Below, piece by piece: positions 10,203 to 18,447 of a DNA stretch of 64,000 nucleotides. Every line of letters begins with the position of its first letter. The first letter of the stretch is position 1. The stretch spans positions 4,378 through 68,377 of the forward strand of contig JBGUNJ010000204.1 in the NCBI GenBank assembly GCA_045117315.1, in the 5' to 3' direction. A program made the position numbers and the translations under genes. This stretch comes from Lachnospiraceae bacterium (GTDB taxonomy: Bacteria; Bacillota; Clostridia; Lachnospirales; Lachnospiraceae). Below the pieces are notes generated by a model. It saw nothing but the letters and a program-made list of their open reading frames with translations, did no database searches and had not been told where the DNA came from.

Positions 10203-11633
10203 ATGCAGTCTGTACAAAACGGCACAACTGAAAATGTTTCCGCGAAAAAGACAGCGCGGCGGGGAAAACTATGGATTTTTCCGGTCGTGCTTCTTTTGTG
10301 TGTCCTGGCTGCTGTCCTGGGAGGTCTCCTGATCTACCGTTTCTACACGCCTTTGGAGTACACCGAGAGCGAGGTCAATGAATATGTCAGGGACATTTAC
10401 GGCGATTCATGGAAACTCCAGAAGCAGACCCCTCTCTCTGATGAAAGAGGACAGGGGATCCGCTACCTCTACGCCAATGGAGACGGGGACAGTTTTTCCG
10501 TTTTCTCTATTTCAGTGCCGGTCTACGAGAACGGCGAGGCTACCGGGCGCTGGGAAAAAGCTTTGTCCGACAATTATTTCAGCACCGTGATCGAAAAAAA
10601 CATGAAGGCGCTGAAAAAAATTGAAAAGAAGCTTAATAAGAACCCGGAAATCCGTATGGAAATAGAGAAAACGGGAGATGAATCCGGAATCTACGGGGCT
10701 TCCTATACTTTCAGAATGTATCTGGAGACCAACACCTGCTTTGAAGAGGCAGCCAAAACTTTGCAGAAGATGGACAAACTCTTTTCATTCTCCTGCGGGG
10801 CAGGCACACCGCCCTACGACCAGATGCGCAAGGAGAATCCGGATGTGCGGATCTATCTGAAACCCGAAAAATCAGGCCCCGCCGCAGATGTGATCTCCTC
10901 ATCCGCCCCCATTGTCCGCAAGGGGGATGGTGACAGCATTCCCAATCTGTCAGCTGACTGGAGCGCGTCCGGAGAGCGTGAAAAATACCGCATCAGCACG
11001 ATTCCCTTCACGGACGCAACATCATCTTCCCGCCTTCAGGCCGAAGATGTCTTGATCCGTATTGAAAATGATTACGTGGATGCCGCGAAAACATTCGGCA
11101 AGACCTGTTATGCGGCTCCCGCGGAACTCAAGGACAAATACCCGGCCCCGGAGCTTTCCCTGGTCAATATAGGCGGGCATAAACTCAAGGCTTCCGACAA
11201 CGGCGGCTATAAGTTCTATTATCACCGGGGGACCGGCACCTACTGGCTGGCCGGACTCGACGTCTGTGAGGACTTCGACGGAAATCCCTTCGGGGACTAC
11301 TCCGGAAGAGGGACTTTCGCCAAACTGATCGATTACCTGGGCGGCAGCTACAGCTGTGACAAATGGAAGAGCGGATGGAAAATCGGCAACAATCAGTGGA
11401 CCGCCGAGGCGGAGACTGAAAAGACCGGAAAGAGCCCCTATACCTACAAGGGCATGACCCTCTTCAGGAACGGGAACAACGAAAACCTGGACCCGATACC
11501 GAAAATCTTCGAGGGCACAGGAGCCCTTCCCTCCGGCAGACCCTACAGCATCAGAGACCTGATCCGCATGCTGGACGTCCGCATAACGATCAATCAGAAA
11601 GATATGACGGCTGTAATGTTCAGGAATTTCTAG
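10203..11633 (+). CDS. Hypothetical N-terminally membrane-anchored protein
   Basis: Long ORF with coding-like composition. Start set at ATG 10203 (MQSVQNG...), downstream of the transporter stop. A TM segment (LWIFPVVLLLCVLAAVLGGLLIY) is present. I recognise no family motif. Confidence 0.55.
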   Translation: MQSVQNGTTENVSAKKTARRGKLWIFPVVLLLCVLAAVLGGLLIYRFYTPLEYTESEVNEYVRDIYGDSWKLQKQTPLSDERGQGIRYLYANGDGDSFSVFSISVPVYENGEATGRWEKALSDNYFSTVIEKNMKALKKIEKKLNKNPEIRMEIEKTGDESGIYGASYTFRMYLETNTCFEEAAKTLQKMDKLFSFSCGAGTPPYDQMRKENPDVRIYLKPEKSGPAADVISSSAPIVRKGDGDSIPNLSADWSASGEREKYRISTIPFTDATSSSRLQAEDVLIRIENDYVDAAKTFGKTCYAAPAELKDKYPAPELSLVNIGGHKLKASDNGGYKFYYHRGTGTYWLAGLDVCEDFDGNPFGDYSGRGTFAKLIDYLGGSYSCDKWKSGWKIGNNQWTAEAETEKTGKSPYTYKGMTLFRNGNNENLDPIPKIFEGTGALPSGRPYSIRDLIRMLDVRITINQKDMTAVMFRNF

Positions 11634-11830
11634 GATGCCGTCCCGGACATTTTGATCCTGATTATCGAAACCGCACGTAAAACCCCGGCAGACAAACCAT
11701 AGTCATCCGCGGGTACATTACGATTGAGATGTCACACTTGTGGTCATGGGTGAGTGTCCGCAGACATGTATGATTAAAGCCTGTAAAAAGAGAAAGCGCA
11801 CAAAGACGAACAGATCATTCGGCTTTATGC

Positions 11831-11962
11831 GCTTTCTGTATCTGAATTCCTGTATCTGAAAATGCTTTCTGTATCTGAATTCCTGTATCTGAAAAAGCTT
11901 TCTGTATCTGAATTCCTGTATCTGAAAATACTTTCTGTATCTAAATTCCTGTATCTAAAAAA
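11831..11962. repeat. 33-bp tandem repeat, 4 copies (gctttctgtatctgaattcctgtatctgaaaat), each holding an internal ctgtatctgaa sub-repeat
   Basis: Direct reading. It lies immediately upstream of the vanZ-like RBS. Confidence 0.95.
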
Positions 11963-11982
11963 TGGAGGAATGAAACCGTAGA

Positions 11983-12585
11983 ATGAAAAACAACAGAACA
12001 ATTCGCAGAAAGGTCCTGACCGCGCTCACCCTTTTCTGGATGCTGTTCATCTTTACCATGTCTTCAGCTGTAAGTACGGTGTCCGACTACCAGAGTGACA
12101 GCTTTATAGATTTTCTCTGTACCATTTTTGTAAAAGGCTACACGGAAATGCCTCCCGCCAAAAAGATGGAACTGCAGGACAAGGGCACCTTTCCGGTCAG
12201 AAAATGTGCCCACATGACGGAATATGCCATACTGGGCGCACTGCTTTCACTCACAATCACTGAATATCTGCAGGATTCCGATTCTGCTCAGCAAAAAAGA
12301 CTCGGCAAATCCGCACCGCGGAAAGAGCAAAGTAATTCAGAATCGCAGACCAAACAGAGCAGTTTCGCCTCGAAAATTCTGCGCCTGGCGGTTTTTATCG
12401 GATTCCTCTATGCCTGCACGGATGAATTCCACCAGACTTTTGTTCCGGGGCGGTCGGGAGAATTCAGGGATATCCTGATCGACACATTCGGAGTCTTGCT
12501 GGGAACCCTGATCATCACCCGCCTTCTTCCTTCACTTGCACGGCACAGAACTGCAGAGGGTAAAACCGGTCAGAAGTATAACTGA
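11983..12585 (+). CDS. VanZ family protein
   Basis: Four hydrophobic segments with RKCAHMTEYAILGALL and DEFHQTFVPGRSGEFRDILIDTFGVLLG (VanZ-like motifs). RBS ggagga lies upstream. Confidence 0.75.
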   Translation: MKNNRTIRRKVLTALTLFWMLFIFTMSSAVSTVSDYQSDSFIDFLCTIFVKGYTEMPPAKKMELQDKGTFPVRKCAHMTEYAILGALLSLTITEYLQDSDSAQQKRLGKSAPRKEQSNSESQTKQSSFASKILRLAVFIGFLYACTDEFHQTFVPGRSGEFRDILIDTFGVLLGTLIITRLLPSLARHRTAEGKTGQKYN

Positions 12586-12679
12586 CCCGGCATAGAAATG
12601 ACCCGGCATAGAAATGATCCGGCATAGAAATCATCCGGCATCTAAATGATCCGACATAGAAATGATCCGGCGCAGAACC
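12584..12679. repeat. 16-bp tandem repeat, about 6 copies (gacccggcatagaaat)
   Basis: Direct reading. It begins at the stop codon of the vanZ-like gene and lies between convergent genes. Confidence 0.9.
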
Positions 12680-12726
12680 GGGCGCAAAACATGCCGGACG
12701 TAAAAGAGTCTCCGCGCAGCGCCCGA

Positions 12727-15366
12727 CTACAGATTCTGGCCGGTCAGGCTCTCTTTGCAGGCGCGGACTTGCGCCGGCGTGCCGCTCACGACAATGCGGC
12801 CTCCCTCCGCGCCTCCTCCCGGCCCCATATCGATGATATAATCCGCGCTTCGGATGACGTCCAGATCGTGCTCGATGACGATGACAGTGGCTCCGTGGTC
12901 GAGGAGGCTGCGGAATACATCAAGGAGCACGCGCACATCTTTGGGGTGGAGGCCGATGGTGGGCTCGTCAAAAACAAAGACGGAGTCCGACTGTCCCCTG
13001 CCCATCTCGCTGGCCAGCTTGAGGCGCTGTGCCTCTCCGCCCGAAAGACCGGGTGTCTCCTCTCCCAGGGTCAGGTAGCCAAGACCGAGGTCGTGCAGGA
13101 CCTGCAGGCGCCTGTGTGTGGATGCCAGATCGGAGCAGGTTTCCATGGCTTCATCGACGCTCATGGACATGAGATCGGGGAGGCTGAATGCGGTCCCGTT
13201 TTTTGCTCTTCGAAGCACTTCGTGGGCTTCCCGGCGGTATCTTCCTCCCCTGCAGTCCGGGCAGGGAATATCGACATCCGGCAGGAACTGGACATCCAGG
13301 GAGATCTCACCGGTTCCGTCGCAGGTGGGGCAGCGCAGTTTTCCGGTATTATAGGAGAAGTCCCCCGCCTTATAACCCCGCTCTTTCGCGTCCGGCGTTC
13401 GGGCATAGATTTTGCGCAGGTCATCGTGGACATTTGCATAGGTCGCCACAGTGGACCGCACATTGATGCCGATCGGAGTGGCGTCGATCAGCTTGACCTG
13501 ATTGATGCCGGGCGCCTCCAGCGACTTCACATGGGTGGGCAGTTTTTTGCCCTTTATGGAGGCGGAGAGGGCAGGAATCAGGCTCTCCAGGATCATGGTC
13601 GTCTTGCCTGAACCGGACACGCCCGTGACCACCGTCAGCCGGCCTTTGGGAATCCGGACATCCAGAGGATGCACCGTGTGGATCTGTCCGGTCCGCATGC
13701 GGATCGTGCCGCCAGCAAACAAATCTTTGTATAAATCTTTGCGCGAATCTACATGCAAATCTTTGCGCGAATCTTTGCGCGAATCTTTGAGCGAATCTAT
13801 ATGCAAATCTGTGTGCGAATCTGTATGCGAATCTTTTTGCAAGTCTTTGTAAAGACAGGAGGAATCAGGATCATCGGCGATCAGGATGGCGTCCTGTCCC
13901 GACAGATAAGGCCCGATCACGGACTCTGGATTATTTTTGATTTCCTCAATAGTACCCTCGGCGATGACTGTGCCGCCCGAAGCTCCGGCGCCGGGTCCCA
14001 TCTCGATCATCCAGTCCGCGTGGGCCAGGACCTGAATGTCGTGGTCGACGATCACGACGGTATTTCCGTCCGCCGCCAGGTCATCCATCACCCCGGTCAG
14101 CCCCTTCAGATTATAGGGGTGGAGGCCGATGGAGGGCTCATCCAGGACATAGAGAACACCGGTCGTCCGGTTTCGGACCGCCCTTGCAAGCTGCACCCGC
14201 TGGCGCTCGCCCGTGGACAGGGTGGAGGCCGCCCGGTCCAGGGAGAGATAGCCAAGCCCCAGATCGATCAGGCGGACAGAGGTGTCCAGAAAAGATTCGC
14301 AGATATTTTTTGCCATGGGGCGCATGGGCTCCGGCAGGGTATCCGGAACGCCCCTGACCCATGGAATCAGATCCGAGAGAGTCATGGCCGTCGCCTGATC
14401 AAGCCCGATCCCCCGCAGCCGGGGTGCACGCGAAGCCTCGGACAGACGCGTTCCCCCGCAGTCCGGGCAGGTGCCCTCTGTCAGAAAGCGCTCGATCCGC
14501 TTCATCCCCTTTTCATCCTTTACTTTGGACAGGGCATTTTCCACGGTATAGACGGCGTTAAAATAGGTGAAATCCATCTCCGCGGTCTGCTTTGTCTGCG
14601 GATTCATGTAAAAAATATGCTTCTTTTCGGCGGGGCCGTGATAGACCATTTCTTTTTCCGCCTCAGTCAGTTCTTTGAAAGGCACATCAGTGCGGACACC
14701 CATCTCCCGGCAGACATCCTTCATGAGCGACCACATGAGGGTTCCCCAGACCACGACCGCGCCCTCGTCGATGGTCAGATCCTCGTTGGGTACCAGAGTG
14801 GACTCATCGACCGTGCGGGTGACACCGGTACCCCCGCAGGTGGGACAGGCGCCGCTGCTGTTGAAGGCCAGGTCTTCCGCCCCGGGCCCGTAAAAACCGA
14901 CGCCGCACACGGGGCAGATTGTCTCATGCATGGCCGCCACATCCATGGAAGGCGGCACATAATGTCCGTTGGGGCAGCGGTGGCTGGCCAGACGCGAGAA
15001 CATGAGTCTGAGGCTGTTGAGCAGCTCCGTCATGGTTCCGAAAGTGCTTCGGATCCCCGGAACCCCGGGTCTCTGGTGCAGGGCAAGAGAGGCAGGCACA
15101 TAGCGGACATCATCTACATGTGCCCTGGCGGCCTGGGTCATGCGCCTTCTGGTGTAAGTCGAGAGCGACTCCAGATACCGCCTGGATCCCTCGGCGTAGA
15201 GCACGCCCAGAGCCAGAGAGGACTTTCCTGACCCCGAGACGCCGGCTATAGCTGTGATCTGATTCAGCGGAATGTCCACATCGATATTTTTGAGATTATG
15301 TACGCGAGCTCCCCGCACCTCCATGCTGCGGGGAAGCATCTTCATCTTCTTGTCTTTTTGATCCAT
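12727..15366 (-). CDS. UvrA-like excinuclease ABC subunit A paralog (class II-like; appears to lack the UvrB-binding domain)
   Basis: Two Walker A sites (GVSGSGKSS, GVSGSGKTT) and two ABC signatures (LSTGERQRVQLA, LSGGEAQRLKLA) are present. Zinc modules are also present (CPVCG...CPTCGGTG; CPDCGGTRL; CPTCDGTG...CPDCRGGRY). Start set at ATG 15366 (MDQKDKK...), because the upstream part of the track ORF is translated tandem repeat. Confidence 0.85.
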   Translation of the reverse strand: MDQKDKKMKMLPRSMEVRGARVHNLKNIDVDIPLNQITAIAGVSGSGKSSLALGVLYAEGSRRYLESLSTYTRRRMTQAARAHVDDVRYVPASLALHQRPGVPGIRSTFGTMTELLNSLRLMFSRLASHRCPNGHYVPPSMDVAAMHETICPVCGVGFYGPGAEDLAFNSSGACPTCGGTGVTRTVDESTLVPNEDLTIDEGAVVVWGTLMWSLMKDVCREMGVRTDVPFKELTEAEKEMVYHGPAEKKHIFYMNPQTKQTAEMDFTYFNAVYTVENALSKVKDEKGMKRIERFLTEGTCPDCGGTRLSEASRAPRLRGIGLDQATAMTLSDLIPWVRGVPDTLPEPMRPMAKNICESFLDTSVRLIDLGLGYLSLDRAASTLSTGERQRVQLARAVRNRTTGVLYVLDEPSIGLHPYNLKGLTGVMDDLAADGNTVVIVDHDIQVLAHADWMIEMGPGAGASGGTVIAEGTIEEIKNNPESVIGPYLSGQDAILIADDPDSSCLYKDLQKDSHTDSHTDLHIDSLKDSRKDSRKDLHVDSRKDLYKDLFAGGTIRMRTGQIHTVHPLDVRIPKGRLTVVTGVSGSGKTTMILESLIPALSASIKGKKLPTHVKSLEAPGINQVKLIDATPIGINVRSTVATYANVHDDLRKIYARTPDAKERGYKAGDFSYNTGKLRCPTCDGTGEISLDVQFLPDVDIPCPDCRGGRYRREAHEVLRRAKNGTAFSLPDLMSMSVDEAMETCSDLASTHRRLQVLHDLGLGYLTLGEETPGLSGGEAQRLKLASEMGRGQSDSVFVFDEPTIGLHPKDVRVLLDVFRSLLDHGATVIVIEHDLDVIRSADYIIDMGPGGGAEGGRIVVSGTPAQVRACKESLTGQNL
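13720..13850 (-). repeat. In-frame ~12-nt microsatellite inside the uvrA-like gene, encoding (D-S-H/R-T/K)-type repeats
   Basis: The plus strand shows aatctttgcgcg / aatctgtgtgcg units. On the minus strand these translate to KDSHTDSHTDLHIDSLKDSRKDSRKDLHVDSRKDLYKDL, in the linker between the two ABC halves. Confidence 0.85.
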
Positions 15367-15388
15367 GTGTAACTGCCAGTCTCCCTGT

Positions 15389-15535
15389 TTGTATGATGAT
15401 TGTGTTTGTATGATGATCGTATCTGTATGATGATTGTGTTTTGTATGATGATTGTATCTGTATGATGATTGTGTTTGTATGATGATTGTATCTGTATGAT
15501 GATTGTGTTTATATGATGATTGTTTTTGGATCGTA
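15389..15535. repeat. ~17-bp tandem repeat (tgtatgatgattgtgtt), about 8 copies, upstream of the uvrA-like start
   Basis: Direct reading. It accounts for the HHTDTIIIQTQSSYK repeats in the over-extended track ORF. Confidence 0.9.
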
Positions 15536-15709
15536 TTTTTCTGTGGCAACTTTCCCGGATGGGTTTCCTTCGCTTCCTGTCCCGGAGGCGGATTTTTTCG
15601 GGACAGATTATTTCCGGGACATGCCCCGAAGACGGATTTTTACCGGAACAGAACATTTCTGCGGCCTGTCCACGGGACAGACTATTCCGGGACATGTCTC
15701 CAGGAGAAT

Positions 15710-16876
15710 TTATTTTTGAGGCATGGCCGCAGGCAGGTCAAAGGTCGAATCTATGGATATAAACCGGTGTTCCTTTGCGGAGTTGATGATGGCCTCGCCT
15801 ACCTCGAGAGAATGGAGCGCCATGGCGCCGCCGGCTCTGTTTGGCCGGCTTTCCGCGATTGCCCGCACCAGATCCACAAGGCCGATCCCCCGGTCATTTG
15901 TCACGAAGCTGGTCGCATCGAAATCATGTTTTACCTCGGCAATTTCCCACGGAATATCCTCGTCCCCCTCGTGGCGGGGCATATTTTTCCAGCGGTAGGT
16001 CTCGACAGTCTTCACCAGGGTATCTCCCCCGAAAACATTCGGCCCCTTGTTGGGGTCTTCCTCCGCCATGACCAGCGTCGCCTTTGTCCCATACAGTTCC
16101 ATGCGGGGCATGACGGAATCCCAGGCGTCCCAGATCATGTTGTAACTGACGACAGCACCGCAGCGGAATTTGAGGACCGCCATCAGCGAGGTCATGATCT
16201 CCGGATCCACCTTCAGTTTCTTTCCCTTGAAAGGTTCGGAATAGATCATCCGCTCCTGCTCCGGCTGGATTCCCATGGCAGTGACCGATTCCACCGGCCC
16301 CAGAAGGGACAGAAGAGCAGTCATGTAATAAGGTCCGATATCCAGAACCGGGCCGGCACCCTTCTGATAGAAAAACTCAGGATTGGGGTGATACCACTCC
16401 CAGCCGTGGGAAACGCAGTTGGCGGTCCCGCCGACGATCCTGCCCGTGACGCCTTCATCGATCAGCCTGCGGAAGGTTTGCAGCCTGGCACCCATGAAGG
16501 TGTCCGGCGCGCATCCCACATACAGGCCTTTCTCTGCAGCGGCTTCCATGATCTCCCTGCCCTCAGCGTAGGTCGCGGCCAGAGGCTTCTCGGAATACAC
16601 ATGCTTGCCGGCCCGCAGCGCGGCAATATTATATTGATAATGAGCCGCCGGCGTTGTCAGATTCAGGACGACATCCACATCCGGATCCTGCAGCAGCTCA
16701 TCGCCTGTATCATAAGCCTTTTTGAAGCCGTACTGCTCCTTCCTGGCCCTCGCCTTTTCCGGCGTGCGGCAGGCACAGGCGTACAGCTCCACTTCGTCCG
16801 GATATTTCTGGAGATTCGTCAGATAAGCGTTGCAGATATCCCCCAGACCGATGACACCTATACGTAAAGCACTCAT
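15710..16876 (-). CDS. Gfo/Idh/MocA family NAD(P)-dependent oxidoreductase
   Basis: N-terminal MSALRIGVIGLGDICNAYL is a Rossmann motif and HVYSEKPLA is the EKP motif. Start set at ATG 16876, preceded by aggagggg on the minus strand. Confidence 0.8.
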   Translation of the reverse strand: MSALRIGVIGLGDICNAYLTNLQKYPDEVELYACACRTPEKARARKEQYGFKKAYDTGDELLQDPDVDVVLNLTTPAAHYQYNIAALRAGKHVYSEKPLAATYAEGREIMEAAAEKGLYVGCAPDTFMGARLQTFRRLIDEGVTGRIVGGTANCVSHGWEWYHPNPEFFYQKGAGPVLDIGPYYMTALLSLLGPVESVTAMGIQPEQERMIYSEPFKGKKLKVDPEIMTSLMAVLKFRCGAVVSYNMIWDAWDSVMPRMELYGTKATLVMAEEDPNKGPNVFGGDTLVKTVETYRWKNMPRHEGDEDIPWEIAEVKHDFDATSFVTNDRGIGLVDLVRAIAESRPNRAGGAMALHSLEVGEAIINSAKEHRFISIDSTFDLPAAMPQK

Positions 16877-17245
16877 AAAACCCCTCCTGTATATTTGAAA
16901 AAATGGAAAACGATGCAGTAAGAGACATAAGAGACAAGGGACGTTCCTCAAAAAGAGACAGGGACGGTCCCCTGTCTCCGGATCCCTTGTGGAGAAGACG
17001 AAGAACCGTCCCCTTCCCCCCTGTCTCCCCGGAAAAAACCGGAACCGAATATCAGAAGGGACCGGTTGACATTGCCTCAATCCCAGAATAACATGGAATT
17101 GTAAAAAAAGGTGCGGCGCCCGGAATATTTCCGCAAATCCTTAAATCGCATTTGCGTATATTCTTCCACGCTGCTCAATTTATTCTTCGTCGCGCAATAC
17201 TCGCGAGCGAGTCTTGAATACAGCCCAGAAAGGAGAAACTCAAAG

Positions 17246-17923
17246 ATGTCGGATTATGAAAACAACTGCTGCAACAGTATGCCTTTGATCGGCGATCCCG
17301 CCCCCGCCTTCCGCTCTATGACCACAATGGGAAAGGTGAATTTCCCGGAAGACTATAAGGGCAAATGGGTCGTCTTTTTCTCCCATCCCGCGGACTTTAC
17401 TCCCGTGTGCACCACCGAGTTCATCGCGCTGGCAAGGCGCGCCGATGAGTTCCGTGAGATTAATACAGAGCTCCTGGGGCTTTCCATTGACTCCCTTCAT
17501 TCCCACCTGGCATGGGCCGAGAGCATCGAGCACATCGATCTGGGCGGAAAAGGCAAAGTCAAGATTCCCTTCCCCATCGTGGCGGACATCTCCATGAGTG
17601 TGGCCAAGGCATATGGAATGCTTCAGTCTGTTGCCAAGACTCAGACTGTGCGCGCCGTCTTCATCATCGATCCCGACTCGATTATCCGCGCCATCCTGTT
17701 TTACCCCATGTCCACCGGCCGCAATATTGACGAGATCAAGCGCATCATCCTCTCTCTTCAGAAACACGATGCGGACAACGTCTCTACGCCCGCGGACTGG
17801 AATCCCGGTGATTCCGTTGTCATGGGTGCTCCGCTGACCCTTGAAGTAGCAAAGGACAGAATGGAAAACGCCGACGATAACATGATCCCCTACAGCTGGT
17901 ATCTCACCATGAAAAAACAGTGA
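17246..17923 (+). CDS. Peroxiredoxin (Prx6/1-Cys-like subgroup of the AhpC/TSA family)
   Basis: WVVFFSHPADFTPVCTTEF carries the peroxidatic Cys motif. RBS gaaaggagaaac lies upstream of ATG 17246. Confidence 0.85.
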   Translation: MSDYENNCCNSMPLIGDPAPAFRSMTTMGKVNFPEDYKGKWVVFFSHPADFTPVCTTEFIALARRADEFREINTELLGLSIDSLHSHLAWAESIEHIDLGGKGKVKIPFPIVADISMSVAKAYGMLQSVAKTQTVRAVFIIDPDSIIRAILFYPMSTGRNIDEIKRIILSLQKHDADNVSTPADWNPGDSVVMGAPLTLEVAKDRMENADDNMIPYSWYLTMKKQ

Positions 17924-18110
17924 CTGTAATAATCCTGCTGTGAAAAAACAGTGACTGTAATTATCCGGCTGTAAAACAGTGGCCACAGGTAATTCACAGT
18001 GAAAAAAGTGGCTGCAAGTATCCTGCTGTGAAAAAACAGTGACTGTAATAATCCCGCTGTAAAAACAGTGGCCATAGGTAATTCACAGTGAAAAGAAGTG
18101 GCCGCAAGCA
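17911..18110. repeat. ~30-bp imperfect tandem repeat, about 7 copies, starting inside the last codons of the peroxiredoxin gene
   Basis: gaaaaaacagtgactgtaataatcctgctgt and the variant aaaacagtggccacaggtaattcacagt alternate. The first unit includes the stop codon (aaacagtga). Confidence 0.9.
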
Positions 18111-18204
18111 ACGGAAACAAAAATAACCAATCCATTGACCGATCATTTACCAATCCAATAATCAGTCAACTGACCAGTCAATCATTCAAACATTTTGCGA
18201 AGAA

Positions 18205-18238
18205 GGAGCCGCAGTCCTCAAATGCGGCTCCTGTTTTA
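18205..18238 (+). terminator. Rho-independent terminator after the peroxiredoxin gene
   Basis: GGAGCCGCA (18205-18213), a 9-nt loop, TGCGGCTCC (18223-18231), then TGTTTTAT. Confidence 0.75.
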
Positions 18239-18261
18239 TAACACGGCCCGCGTAATGTTAT

Positions 18262-18432
18262 TTTCCATCTTGAGGCGGGCACAGGCCAGTCTTGGCAGAG
18301 GGCTGCGTGCTCACTTCAACCCTATTAACATGGTCTGTATAATGTGCTTTCTGCTTTGAGGCGGGCACAGGCCAGTCTTGACAGAGAGCATCGGTGCCAC
18401 TTCATCGGTGCAACCTTTACCCTATTGGTAAA
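18262..18432. repeat. Duplicated ~85-bp leader element (ttgaggcgggcacaggccagtcttg(g/a)cagag...accctatt) upstream of the isomerase-like gene
   Basis: Two copies are read directly, at about 18268-18330 and about 18352-18430. Confidence 0.8.
18315..18343 (+). promoter_or_regulatory. Candidate sigma-A promoter with an extended -10 box
   Basis: TGTATAAT at 18336-18343 (TGnTATAAT) and TTCAAC at 18315-18320, with 17-nt spacing to TATAAT. It sits between the two copies of the duplicated leader. Confidence 0.5.
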
Positions 18433-18447
18433 TCATGGAGAACAGGA

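Noticed and set aside
12646-16867. Long plus-strand ORFs (12646-13611, 13753-15231, 15503-16867) overlapping the uvrA-like and oxidoreductase genes
   Set aside because: These are antisense shadow ORFs in G+C-rich DNA. Their translations are R/G/H/D/P-rich with no motifs, whereas the minus-strand frames carry complete UvrA and Gfo/Idh/MocA signatures.
18262-18432. Possible tandem riboswitch upstream of the isomerase-like gene
   Set aside because: I could not match the sequence to any riboswitch consensus I know, and I found no convincing conserved helices by eye. It is reported only as a duplicated leader, with an Rfam scan suggested.
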